A stretch of DNA of 63,896 nt, the filler included, from Reclinomonas americana ATCC 50394 (Eukaryota), in assembly GCA_048213135.1 (NCBI GenBank). It is 17 parts of 17 records of this genome, joined end to end, with 100 filler letters (N's around TTAATTAATTAA, not from the genome) between each part and the next. Parts side by side here need not be neighbours in the genome. Positions count along the whole stretch, not along the records: positions 1 to 14,665 come from AFZH01023452.1; 16 more parts are not named here. One strand, written 5' to 3'. Of this stretch, positions 1 to 13,033 are shown one piece after another (positions within the stretch are counted from its first letter, which is position 1; every line of letters starts with the position of its first letter). A program made the position numbers and the translations under genes. The notes beneath the pieces are model-generated. The model had not been told where the DNA came from and did no database searches. It saw nothing but the letters and a program-made list of their open reading frames with translations.

Positions 1-202
1 GGTTGCCATCGGGAGTAACGGTGACGGACCTCACCACATCGAGACTCTGAATGATCTGTGCCGATCATTCGCGGTGAGACGCACACACAGCAGCGACATT
101 CGAAGACACGCAAACAATAACTGCACACACGCACGAGCACACGAATGCACGCACAGACACCAACCACGCAAAGTGCGCACACATTCACACCTTTGTTGTC
201 AT
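1..202 (-). CDS. WD40 array gene copy 0, 5' part only (exon1 202-191 MTTK; intron 190-56; exon2 55-1 IIQSLDVVRSVTVTPDGN)
   Basis: Same ATG-ACA-ACA-AAG|GT donor, CTCAC branch-like motif and CAG|ATCATTCAG acceptor as the full copies; cut by the window edge. Confidence 0.85.
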
Positions 203-2401
203 TCTCCGTGCGTGTGTGCGTGTGTGTGCGTGTGTGATTGCTCGCTCCGTTTCCCGCCTTTCTTCTCCCACCTTGCTCCAAGACGCCGTCCATCCCTCGC
301 TGCGCTGCAGCCAGTACCCTACACAGCATACAGCAGTATGAGAGCGATGTGACTTCTTTGATGCATGCGAGCTTTCGAAGACTGACATGGGACTCGTCGA
401 TGAGAAATCGGCAGAATGGACAAGCATGCGCAGGGTGGTGGCTCGAGGTGAAGCTCCGCTGCACCGCGCATGCCCAGCGATACTTCACTTCGACTGGCCT
501 GCATTCTCTCTCAACGAGGACTCGCATGTCGTGCTGCTTGGATACGCAGTTGTGGCCCTGTTGTGCTGATGCCACAGCATTAACGAGAATCTATAACGCA
601 CCGAGTCATCGAAACCTCACACCTCCTTGGATCGGCCCACAGCGAAGCTGACGAGGTGCACGTCATGATGGTACGACGAAGAAGGAGAGCCACAGGAGAC
701 AGGAGAGCAGCGACCAGCACAGCAGCACAGCGATGGAAGAGGCAGCTGTGTTGTGAGACACGCCTCCCTCTCGCCCAGTCACAATCAATGCCTCGTGACT
801 TCAATCACACTCACAGTCGGTCGGTGCATTGTCTCATGCATGTACTGTGTGGCACGGAACCACGTGTCTTCGCATGCCAGTGACGAGTCACTTGCCAGCA
901 CGCCTGTCACACAGAATTGAGTCAGTCAATCTCCAAGTCTCACCAACTTACTCCTCAACACAGATGCAGAACACGTACGCACCAGGCCACGCGCGCGTCT
1001 GCAGTCTCCCATGGCCACCACCATCATTACTTGGCGGCGACAGCAGCAACCAAGAAGCGCACATCATCGATCCGCTCTGACTTGCCAACCGGGATCGAGA
1101 ACGATCCACCGACCAGGCCACCCATCGGAAAACACGACACGCATGTGCACGCACCATGAGTAGATTGCCGAGCACGCGTCTGCAGTCTCCCATGGCCACC
1201 AGCATCATCACTCGACAGAGACGGCGGCAACCAACGTGCGCACATCATCGATCCGCTCTGACTTGCCACCGACCAGGCCATCCATCGCACATCACGTCAT
1301 GCATGTGTACATCCGCCCAGCCGCGTTCTCCATGGTATGCACGACCTGCATGAATGAGGTGAGTGGAGGGAAGAAGGAAAGAAAGATCACGCCGAACAAG
1401 TCCACACACCTGCTTCGTGCATGGTGGGATGCGCATGCGAGTGGGGTGCCAAGTGAGTGAGGTGACAGTCGGCAACGGGCGATGCACAGCACGCCTGTCA
1501 TCGCCACGACATGCTTTCCATGGTCTCTGCATGCCGGTGTGCTGTGAGCAAAGAATGGAGGACGGGGAGAGATATCTGCTCTGTCTCAACGACGAACACC
1601 CCGATCAGCATCTGATGCCAACACGCGTCTGAGCAAGATGCAAGCCAAGTGATGCTTCTGTACACACATCCATCCTGCAAAGGAGAGAGAGAGAAGGAGC
1701 AGAGTCAGAATGCAGGTATGCCACTTCGGAGTCGGGATGCTCACCATGATGGACTGGCAGGATGGTAATCGTAACACGGTGAGCGGACCCGCAGCTCGAC
1801 CTCGAGCGTGTGCGGCAAGGAGGGGCGGATTACTGGGGAAGCAGATAAGCGCACAAAGGAGGGAGACGGTGGAGAAAGAGAAAGAGAGAGATTCAGCACG
1901 GGACAGTGAAGAAGAGAGCGGAATGACATGCATTCTTCAGAACGAACGGAGAATGCCCACGGCGCACAGGCACAATGGGAAGCAGAGCAGTGATGCCAAA
2001 GTGGTGCGCAAAAGAAGACGCGAGGAATAGACAACGGCGACTCGCTCTCCTGAGGCACGTACATGGGCGACGGAAGAAGCACGCACAACAGACAACACAA
2101 CGAGGGGAAAAAACACAACAGCCTCCCAAGTGATTCATCTCGCTCGCATACACAAATGGAGGTGAGAAAGAGGCAAGCATGCAGAGGGAGACGTGCTTCA
2201 CTACCTCTCTCTCACTCACATGAAAGGGGAACACGCACGGGAGAATAATTCTGCATTATCCACGTCGACTTCTCTCCTCTCGTCTGTCATCTCTCTTCCC
2301 CCAGCTGCATCCCGCATGATCACCCGCAACCCCGCGCAGGTCACGAACAACAACTCACAGTAACCAGCAGCCACCGCTCTCCCTCTCTCCGACTCACCAA
2401 C

Positions 2402-3553
2402 TCAGCACCGGAAAAGGACGACCTCGGCATCCTCCGCGATAAAGCAGCGCAGAACCAGCTCGGGAAGGCATCGTGAATCTACTCCTTCCTCCTGCATCTC
2501 CTGCACAGCTCGCATGGCCGAGCGCGCGGCGTCGAGTTCGAGACGAGCGAGGCCACGCGGCGTGGACCACACTCGCACGGTCTTGTCGTAGCCACCCGCA
2601 CTCACAATGTGCTGACCATCGCGAGAGACGGCCACAGACGACACCCATCCGTCATGTCCCACCAACAGTCGCACTTCCTCGCCACTCGCCAGAGACCACA
2701 CCCGAATGGTGCTGTTTCCGCTCCCGCTCACGATGTGCTGAGAGTCAGGGGTAACGGTCACGGACGACACCCACTCAGCCAACCGTCGCACCACCTCTCC
2801 ACTCGCCAGCATCCATACACGCACAGTCTTGTCTTCACCAGCACTTACAATGTGCTGACAATCTGGAGTGACAGTGACAGACGACACATATCCAGTGTGT
2901 CCTTCCAACCGTCGCACCTCCTCCCCGCTCGCCATCAACCACACTCGCACGGTGTTGTCGAAACTGCCGCTCACAATATGCTGACTATCGGGGGTGACGG
3001 CTACAGCGAGCACCCAGTCAGTGTGTCCTTCCATCCGTCGCACCTCCTTGCCACTCGCCAGCGACCACCGCCATACTGTCCTGTCGCAGCTGCCGCTGAC
3101 GATGTGATGACCATCAGGGGTGACTGCGACAGACATCACCATGTCGGTGTGTCCCTCCAGCCGTCGCAGCTCTTCCCCACTCGCCAGTGACCACATCCGC
3201 ACTGTGTTGTCTCCACTTCCACTGACAATGAGTTGGCCATCGGGAGTGACGGCAACAGAAAGCACCACATCAGCGGATCCCTCCAACCGTCGCACTTCTT
3301 CTCCACTCGCCAGTGACCACATTCGAATCGTGTTGTCCTCGCACCCACCCACAATGTGCTTGCCGTCGGGAGTGACGGCGACTGATCGCACCACAGTCGC
3401 GAGACTTTGAATGATCTGCGTCGATCATTCGCGGTGAGACGTACACACACAAACATACACACAAACAACAACCACACACATGCACAAGCACACAAATGCA
3501 CGCACAGACACCAACCACGCACAGTGCGCACACATTCACACCTTTGTTGTCAT
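2402..3553 (-). CDS. 7-repeat WD40 protein, copy A (~341 aa; exon1 3553-3542, intron 3541-3416, exon2 3415-2402)
   Basis: Seven 42-aa repeats of type GHxxxVxSVAVTPDGQHIVSGSxDxTVRVW; splicing the GT-AG intron gives in-frame MTTK-IIQSL; conserved tail ending VVLFRC*. Confidence 0.93.
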
Positions 3554-5561
3554 TCTCCGTGCGTGTAGTGTGTGTGTGTGATTTGCTCGCTCACGATTGT
3601 CACTGTTTCCCGCCTTTCTTCTCCCGCCTTGCTCTGAGACGTCGTCCATCCCTCGCCAGGCTGCAACCAGCACCCCGCACAGCATACAGCAGTATGAGAG
3701 CAATGTGGATTCTTTGATGCGTGCGGGCTTTCGAAGACCGACATGGGACTCGTCGATGAGAAATCGGCAGAATGGACATGCTGGCGACACAAGGTGGCGC
3801 TCCACTGCATCGCGCTGCTGTCCAGCGACACTCTCTTTCAACTGACCTGCATTCTCTCTCAATGAGGACTGGCATGTCGGTCTGCTTGGATACACAACTC
3901 TGGCCCTGTTGTGCTAATGCGACGGCACACCCGAGAATCCATGGAGCACCGAGTCTTCGAAACCTCACACCTCCTTGGATCGGCCCACAGCGAAGCTGAC
4001 GAGGTGCACGTCATGATGGTACGACGAAGAAGGAGAGTCACGCGGAACAAGAGAGGAGCGACCAGCACAGCAGCACAGCGATGGACGAGGCAGCTGCGTC
4101 GTGAGGCTCGCCTCTCACCCAAATCTCAGTCAATGCCTCGTGCCTTCAATCACACTCACAGTCGGTCGGTGCATTGTCTCATGCATGCACTGTGTGGCAC
4201 GGAACCACGTGTCTTCGCATGCCAGTCACTTGCCAGCACGCCTGCCGCACGGAATTGAGTCAGTCAATCTCCAAGTCTCACCAACTTACTCCTCAACGCA
4301 GATGCAGAACACGTACGCACCAGGCCACGCGCGCGTCTGCAGTCCCCCATGGCCACCACCATTGTCACCTGGCAGTGACGGCAGCAACCAAGGTGCGCAC
4401 ATCATCTATTCGTTCCGACCTGCCAGCCGGGATTGAAAACGATCCACCGATCAGGCCATCCATCGCACATCACGACACACATGTGTACATCCACCCAACC
4501 ACGCTCTCCATGACGTGCACGGCCTGCACGAATGAGGTGAGTGGAGAGAAGGAAGAGAGAGAGATCACGAAGAACAGGGCCACACAACTGCTGAGTGCAT
4601 GGTGGGATGCGAGTGGGGAGCCAAGTGAGTGAGGTGACGGTCGACAACGAGCAATGCACATCACGCCTGTCATCGCCACGACATGCTTTCCATGGTCTCT
4701 GCATGTCGGTGTGCTGTGAGCAAAGAATGGAGGACGGGGAGAGATATCTGCTCTGTCACACGTGGCGAACACATCGATCAGCACCTGATACCAACACGCG
4801 TTTGTCAAGAGGCAAGCCAAGGGACGCTCACACAACCATCCTGCAAGGGAGAGAGAGAGAGAGAGAGCAGAGTCAGTATGCAGGTATGCCACCTCACACA
4901 CTTCGGCATCGGGAAGCTCACCATGATGGACTGGCAGGATGGCAATTGGAACACGGTGAGCGGACCAGCAGCTCGACCTCGAGCGTGTGCAAGGAGGGGC
5001 GGATTACTGGGGAATCAGATGAGCGCACAAAGGCAGGGAGATGGCGGAGAAAGAGATAGACTCTGCAGGAGGCAGGAAAAAGAGAGCTGAAAGACAGGCA
5101 TTCTTCAGAACGAAAGGAGAATGCCCACGGCGCACGTGCACGATGGGAAGCAGAGCAGTGATGCCAAAGTGGTGCGCAAAAGAAGATGCGAGGAAATAGA
5201 CAATGGCGACTTGCTCTCCTGAGGCACGTACATTAGCGACGAAGGATGCACGCGCAACAGACATCACAACGAGGGGAAATGAAATCACAGGCTCCAATTG
5301 ATTCGTCTCGCTCGCACACACACACTGAGGTGAGAAAGAGTCACGTAAACAGCGAGAGACATGCTTCACGAAGGCACACTCACATTCACATGACAGGGCA
5401 ACAAACACAGAGAACAATTCTTCATCAACGATCTCACTGTCTTCCTCTGTCGTCCTCTCTTCCCCCACTTGCATCCCGCACAACCACCCACTCTTCCTCG
5501 CAAGACACGACAAACAACTCACACTCACAGCAGCAACCCTCTCTCCCTCCGACTCACCAAC

Positions 5562-6720
5562 TCAGCATCGGAAAAGGACGACCTCGGCATCCTCGACGAT
5601 GAAGCAGCGCAGAACCAGCTCGGGAAGACATCGTGAATCTTCTTCCTCCTCCTGCACCTCCTGCACGGCGTGCATGGCCGAGCGCGCGGCGTCGAGTTCG
5701 AGGCGAGCAAGGCCACGCGGTGTGGACCACACTCGCACGGTCTTGTCGTATCCGCCGGCACTCACAATGTGCTGACCATCGGGAGAGACGGCCACAGACG
5801 ACACCCATCCAGTGTGTCCCTCCAACTTTCGTACTTCCTCGCCGCCACTTGCCAGAGACCACATCCGCACGGTGCTGTCCTCACTTCCGCTCACGACGTG
5901 CTGACCATCGGGAGTAACAGCGACAGACGACACCCAGTCAGTGTGTCCCTCCAACTGTCGCACCTCCTCCCCGCTCGTAACTGACCACACTCTCACCGTG
6001 CTGTCCCTACTGCCACTCACGACGTGTTGACCATCGGGGGTGACGGCGACAGACATCACACCTTCAGTGTGTCCTTCTAATCGTCGCACCTCTTCGCCGC
6101 TCGCCAGCGACCATACCCGCACTGTCTTGTCTCCACCCCCACTCACAACGTGCTTGCCATCGGGGGTGACACCGACTGACCACACCGAAATAGCGTGTCC
6201 CTCTAACCGTCGCACCTCCTCGCCACTCTCCAGCGACCACACTCGCACTGTCTTGTCGAAGCCGCCGCTGACGACGTGCTGTCCATTGGGGGTGACGGCG
6301 ACTGACAACACCGCACTGGTGTGTCCCTCAAACCGTCGCACTTCTTCTCCACTTGCCATCGACCAGACACGTAGGGTGTTGTCTCCACACCCACTCACTA
6401 TCTGTTGTCCATCAAGAGCGATGGCGACAGAGAACACCGCGCCATCGTGTCCCTCCAGCCGTCGCACCTCCTTGCCACTCGCCAGAGGCCACACACGAAC
6501 GGAGCTGTCCATGCATCCACCAACAATATGCTTGTTATCGGGAGTGACAGTGACGGACAGCCCCGAAGAAGCGAGACTCTGAATGATCTGTGCCGATCAG
6601 TCGCGGTGAGGCGCACATGCACAAACACACAAACAACAACCACACACATGCACGAGCACACCAATGAACGCACAGACACCAAACACGCAAAAGTGCACAC
6701 ACTCACACCTTTGTTGCCAT
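5562..6720 (-). CDS. 7-repeat WD40 protein, copy B (~345 aa; exon1 6720-6709 MATK, intron 6708-6588, exon2 6587-5562)
   Basis: ORF 5562..6512 extends in frame to the CAG acceptor at 6588; seven WD repeats and the same tail. Confidence 0.93.
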
Positions 6721-8725
6721 TCTCCGTGTGTGTTTGTATTGTGATTTGCTCGCTCACGATTGTCACCGTTTCCCGCCTTTCTTCTCCCGCCTTGCTCTGA
6801 GACGTCGCCCATCCCTCGCCAGGCTGCAGCCAGTACGCCACACAACATACAGCAGTATGGCTTCTTTCATGCGTGTGGGCTTTTGAAGACCGACATGGGA
6901 CTTGTCGATGCGAAATCGGCAAAATGGACAAGCAGGGTGTTGGTGACACAAGGTGGCGCTCCACTGCATCGCGCTGCTGTCCAGCGACACTCTCTTTCGA
7001 CTGACCTGCATTATCTCTCAACGAGGACTGGCATGTCGGGCTGCTTGGATGTGCAACGTTGGCCCTGCACCCGAGAATCCAATGAGCACCGAGTCAACGA
7101 CATCTCCTTGGATCGGCCCACAGCGAGGTTGATGAGGGCACGATGATGGCAAACGGTACAGGAGAGGAGCGACCAGCACAGCAGCTCAGCGGTGGACGAG
7201 GCAGCTGCGTCATGAGACTCGTCTCCCCTCACCCAAATCACAGTCAATGCCTCATTCAATCACAGTCACAGGTCAGTGAATCGTCTCATGCATGTACTGT
7301 GAAGCACGGAACAACATGTGGTCATGTATGCCAGTGACGAGTCACTTGCCAGCACGCCTGTCACACAGAATTGAGTCAGTCAATCCCAAGTCTCGCCAAC
7401 TTATAATTACTCCTCAACGCAGAAGCAGAACACGCACGCACTATGTGTTGCTGGCCTAGCACGTGTCTACCGTCACCCACGGCCACCACCAGCATCACTC
7501 GACAGAGACGGCGGCAGCCAAGGCGCGCACATAATCTATCCGTTCCGACCTGCCACGCGGGATTGAAACGATCCACCGACCAGGCCACCATGTCGCACAT
7601 CACGGCACGCAGGTGTACACCCACCCAGCCACGCTCTCCATGGTCTGCACGACCTGCATGAATGAGGTGAGTGGAGGGAAGGAGAAAAAAGAGATCACGA
7701 CGAACAAGGCCACACACCTGCTTTGTGCATGGTGGGATGCGAGAGTTCGTCAGTGAGACAGAGCAGATGTCTCTCCTCCCTCCATTCTTCGCTCACATTG
7801 CACCGGCATGCAGACACCATGGAAATATGTGCTTGCCGTTAACGTTGGCCGTGACAATGAACGGTGTTCTGTGCATTGCCCATGGCCGGCTTACACCCAC
7901 TCACTCGGCTCCCCACCACCGATCAGCACCTGATGCCAACACGCGTTTGGGCAAGATGCAAGCCAAGGGACGCTTCTGCACACACATCCATCCTGCAAGG
8001 GAAGAGAAAGAGAGAGAAAGTAGAGTCAGCATGCAGTCATGCCACCTCACACACTTCGGTGTCGGGAAGCTCACCATGATGGACTGGCAGGATGGCAATC
8101 GGAACACGATGAGCGGACCAGCAGCTCGACCTCGAGCGTGTGCGGCAAGGAGGGGTGGATGGCTGGGGAAGCAGATAAGCACACAAAGGAGAGAGATGGT
8201 GGGGAAAGAGAGAGACTCTGCAAGGGACGGAGAAAGAGGGCTTCAGAGCGGAATGACAGGCATCCTGCAGAGTCGGAAGGAGAATGTCCGCGGCGCACAG
8301 GCACAATGGGAAGCAGAGCAGTGATGCCAAAGTGGTGCGCAAAACAAGACGCAAGGAAACAAACATCGGTGGCTCGCTCTCCCGAGGCACATGCATGCAC
8401 GAAGAAAGATGCACGCACACAAACATCACAAAGAAACAAAATAGACACAAGAGACTCCCAAGTGATTCATCGCGCTCGCACACACAAATTGATGTGAGGA
8501 AAAGGCACGCCTACAGAGAGAAATATCCTTCACGACCGCACACTCACATTCACATGTCAGGGCAGCAAGCACGAAGAGCAATTCTGCACCGTCAACAATG
8601 ATTTCTCGTACAGGCATTCTGTTCCCCCACCTGCATCCCGCATGTTCACCAACTCTCCCTCGCAAGACACGAAAAAACAACTCACGATCACCAGTAGCCA
8701 CCTTCTCTCCCTTGGACTCACCAAC

Positions 8726-9891
8726 TCAGCACCGGAAAAGGACGACCTCGGCATCCTCGACAATGAAACAGCGCAGAACCAGCTCGGGAAGGCATCGTGA
8801 AACTTCTTCATCCTCCTGCATCTCCTGCACAGCTCGCATGGCCGAGCGCGCGTCATCGAGTTCGAAACGAGCAAGGCCACGCGGTGTGGACCACACTCGC
8901 ACGGTCTCGTCGTAGCCACCCGCACTCACAATGTGCAGACCATCGGGAGAGACGGCAACAGACGACACCCATTCAGTGTGTCCCTCTAACCGTCGCACTT
9001 CCTCGCCACTTGCCAGAGACCACACCCGACTGGAGCCGTCCCCGCTCCCGCTCACGATGTGCTGTCCATTTGGGGTGACGGCGCCAGACCACACCGCACC
9101 AGTGCCTCCTTCCAATCGTCGCACTTGGTCTCCACTCTCTAGCAACCACACTCGCACGGTGTTGTCCCGACTCCCACTAAAAATATGCCGACAATCTGGA
9201 GTGACAGCGACAGAGAGCACCCATCCAGTGTGTCCCGCCAACCGTCGCACCTCCTCCCCACTCGCCATCAACCACACTCGCACTGTGTTATCGTGGCTAC
9301 CACTCACTATATGCTGACTATCGGGGGTGACGGCGACAGACCGCACCGTGTCGGTGTGTCCCTCCAGCCGTCGCACCTCTTCTCCACTCGCCAGTGACCA
9401 CACCCTCACTGTGTTATCGTAGCTGCCGCTGACAATGTGTTGATCATCAGGGGTAACGGCGACAGACGTCACCGCACTGGTGTGTCCCTCCAGCCGTCGC
9501 TCTACTTCCCCACTCACCAGCGACCACACACGCACGGTACGGTCTCCACTTCCACTGACGATATGTTTGCCATCTGGGGTGACGGCGACAGACAACACAC
9601 CACCAGTGTGTCCATCCAGCCGTCGCACCTCCTTGCCACTCGCCAGAGACCACATTCGAACGGTGCTGTCCATGCACCCACCAACAATGTGCTTGCCATC
9701 GGGAGTGATGGTGACAGACCGCACTGCAGCGGGACTCTGAATGATCTGTGCCGATCACCCGCGGGTGAGACGCAAACGCAGCAACATTCGGAGACACACA
9801 AACAACAACCGCACTCACGCACGAGCACACGAATGCACGCACAGACACCAACCACGCAAAAGTGCGCACACATTCCCACCTTTGTTGTCAT
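8726..9891 (-). CDS. 7-repeat WD40 protein, copy C (~343 aa; exon1 9891-9880, intron 9879-9746, exon2 9745-8726)
   Basis: ORF 8726..9724 plus conserved splice sites; seven WD repeats and the same tail. Confidence 0.93.
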
Positions 9892-11846
9892 TCTCCGTGT
9901 GTGATTTGCTCGCTCGGGATTGTCACCGTTTCCCGCCTTCCTTCTCCCGCCTTGCTCTGAGACTTCGTCCATCCCTCGCCTGGCTGCAGCCAGCACCCCA
10001 CACAACAGACGGTAATGTGAGAACGATGTGGCTTTGTTGATGCGTGTGAGCTTTCGAAGACCGATTTGGACTTGTCGATGGGAAATCGGCAGAATGGACA
10101 TGCTGGCGACACAAGGTGGCGCTCCACTGCACCGTACATGTCCAGCGACACACTCTTTTGACTGACCTGCATTCTCTGCCGACGAGGACTGGCATGTCGG
10201 GCTGCTTGGATGTGCAGCTGTGGCCCTGCACCCGAGCACCGAGTCAACGACACCTCATCTCCTTGGATCGACCCACAGCGAGGTTGATGAGGGCACGATG
10301 ATGGCAAACGGTACAGGAGAGGAGCGACCAGCACAGCAGCTCAGCGGTGGACGAGGCAGCTGCGTCATGAGACTCGCCTCCTCTTACTCAAGTCACAATC
10401 AATCCCTCATGCCTTCAATCACACTCACAGTCGGCCGGTGAATCGTCTCATGTACGCACTGTGTGGCACAAAACCACGTGTCTTCGCACGCCAGTCACTT
10501 GTCAACACGCCTGTGCTCAGATCACACACAGAATAGAGTCAGTCAATCTCCAAGTCTCATCAACTTGCTCCTCAACGCAGATGCAGAACACGTACGCACC
10601 ATGTATAGCTGGCCTCGCACGTGTGTGCAGTCTTCCATGGCCACCACCATGGTCACTCGGCAGTGAGAGCGACAACCAAGGTGCACACACCATCGATCCG
10701 CTTCGACTTGCCAGTCGGTATTGAAAACGATCCACCAACCAGGCCATCCATCGCACAGCACGACACACATGCGTACACCCACCCAGCCACGCTCTCCATG
10801 ACCTGCACGACCTGCAGGAATGAGGTGAGTGGAAGGGAGGGAGGAAAGAGAGATCAAGACGAACAAGTCCACACACCTGCTGAGTTCACGGTGGGATGCG
10901 AGTGGAGAGCCGACTGAGTGAGGTGACAGCCGGCAGCGGGCGATGCACAGCACGCCTGCAATCATTACGGAACAACGAGGGGGACCTGCCCCTAAGGTGC
11001 CTGCATGTCGGTACAATGTGAGCGAAGAATGGAGGAAGGAGAGAGATATCTGCTCTAGTCTCACGTGACAAACACACCGATCAGCACCTGATACCAACAC
11101 GCGTTTGTCAAGAAGCAAGCCAAGGGACGCTCACACAACCGTCCTGCAAGGGAGAGAAGGAGCAGAGTCAGTATGCAGGTATGCCATGTCACACACTTCG
11201 GCATCGGGAAGCTCACCATGATGGACTGGCAGGATGGCAATCGGAACACGGTGAGCGGACCAGCAGCTCGACCTCGAGCGTGTGCGGCAAGGAGGGGCAG
11301 ATTACTGGGGAATCAGATGAGCGCACAAAGGCAGGGAGACGGTGGAGAAAGAGAGAGACTCTGTAAGGGAGAGAGAGAGAGAGAGTTGCAAGACATGCAT
11401 TCTTCAGAGTCGGAAGGAGAATGCCCACGGCGCACACGCACAATGGGAAGCAGAGCAGTGATGCCAAGGAAGTGTGCAAAAGAAGACGCGAGGAAATAGA
11501 CAACGGTGACTCGCTCTCCTGAGGCACACACATGCACGACGAAAGAAGCACGCACAACAGACATCACAACGAGACAAAAAACGCAAGAGACTCCCAGGTG
11601 ATTCATCGAGCTTGCACACAAAATAGAGGTGAGAAAGAGACACGCACACAGAGGGAGACATGCTTCACGCCCATTCACTCCCATTCACATGACAGGGCAA
11701 CAAACACGGGAGAAGAATTCTTCATCAACAACCTCTCTCTCTGCCTCTATCGTCCTCTCTTCCCCCACCCACTCTCCCTCGCAAGTCACGAAAAACACCT
11801 CACAATCACCAGCAGCCATCTCTCTCTCTCCCTCCGACTCACCGAC

Positions 11847-13033
11847 TCAGCACCGGAAAAGGACGACCTCGGCATCCTCGACAATGAAGCAGCGCAGAAC
11901 CAGCTCGGGAAGACACCGTGAATCTTCTTCTTCCTCCTGCATCTCCTGCACAGCTTGCATGGCCAAGCGCGCGGCGTCGAGTTCGAGGTGAGCAAGGCCA
12001 CGCGGCGTGGACCACACTCGCACGCTATTGTCGTGGTCGGCGCCACCCGCACTCACAATGTGCTGACCATCGGGAGAGACGGCGATGGATGACACCCATC
12101 CAGTGTGTTGCTTCAACTGTCGTACTTCCTCTCCACTTGCCAGAGACCACACCCGAATGGTGCCATCCCCGCTCCCGCTCACGACTTGTTGGCCGTCGGG
12201 AGTGACAGCGACAGACGACACCCAGTCAGTGTGTCCCTCCAGTCGGCGAATCTCTTCTCCACTTGCCAGTGACCACTTCCGGACAGTGTTGTCCCAGCCC
12301 CCGCTAACAATGTGTCGACCATCGGGAGTAACAGCGACGGCGCACACCCATCCAGTGTGTCCCGCCAACCGTCGCACCTCCTCCCCACTCGCCATTAACC
12401 ACACCCGCACTGTGTTATCGCAGCTACCACTCACTATATGCTGACTATCGGGAGTGACGGCGACAGAACGCACTCGAAGTGTGTGTCCCTCCAGCCGTCG
12501 CACCTCCTCCCCACTCGCCAGAGACCACACCCGCACTGTGTTGTCATAGCCGCCGCTGACAATATTAATGTGCTGGCCATCGAAGGCGACGGCGACGGAC
12601 ATTACAAAGCTAGTGTGTCCCTCCAGCCGTCGCACCTCCTCGCCACTCTCCATCGACCACACACGCACGGTACAGTCTCCACTTCCACTCACGACATGCT
12701 GGCCATTGGGGGTGACGGCGGCAGAGAACACCCCGCCAGCGTGTCCCTCCAGTCGTCGCACCTCTTCCCCACTTGCCAAAGACCACACTCGAACGGTACT
12801 GTTCAAGCACCCACCGACAATGTGCTTGCCGTCGGGAGTGATGGTGACGGACCGCACTGCAGCGGGACTCTGAATGATCTGTGCCGATCACTCGCAGTGA
12901 GACGCACGCAGCAGCAATCAAAGACAAACATAACAACACAAGAACAACAACCGCACACATGCACGAGCACACGAATGCACGCACAGACACCAACCACGCA
13001 AATGTGCGCACACACTCACACCTTTGTTGCCAT
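11847..13033 (-). CDS. 7-repeat WD40 protein, copy D (~347 aa; exon1 13033-13022 MATK, intron 13021-12879, exon2 12878-11847)
   Basis: ORF 11847..12857 plus conserved splice sites; seven WD repeats and the same tail. Confidence 0.93.

Noticed and set aside
203..2400. Recurrent spacer ORFs (e.g. MMDWQDGNRNTVSGPAARPRAC, LPHTLEVELLVRS) as a second gene or toxin partner
   Set aside because: Frames, starts and stops are not conserved between copies (indels, an inversion); the recurrence is explained by whole-unit duplication.
2402..13033. WD40 genes as HET-E-like NLRs
   Set aside because: No NACHT/P-loop or effector exon is evident; the ATG micro-exon splices directly to blade 1.
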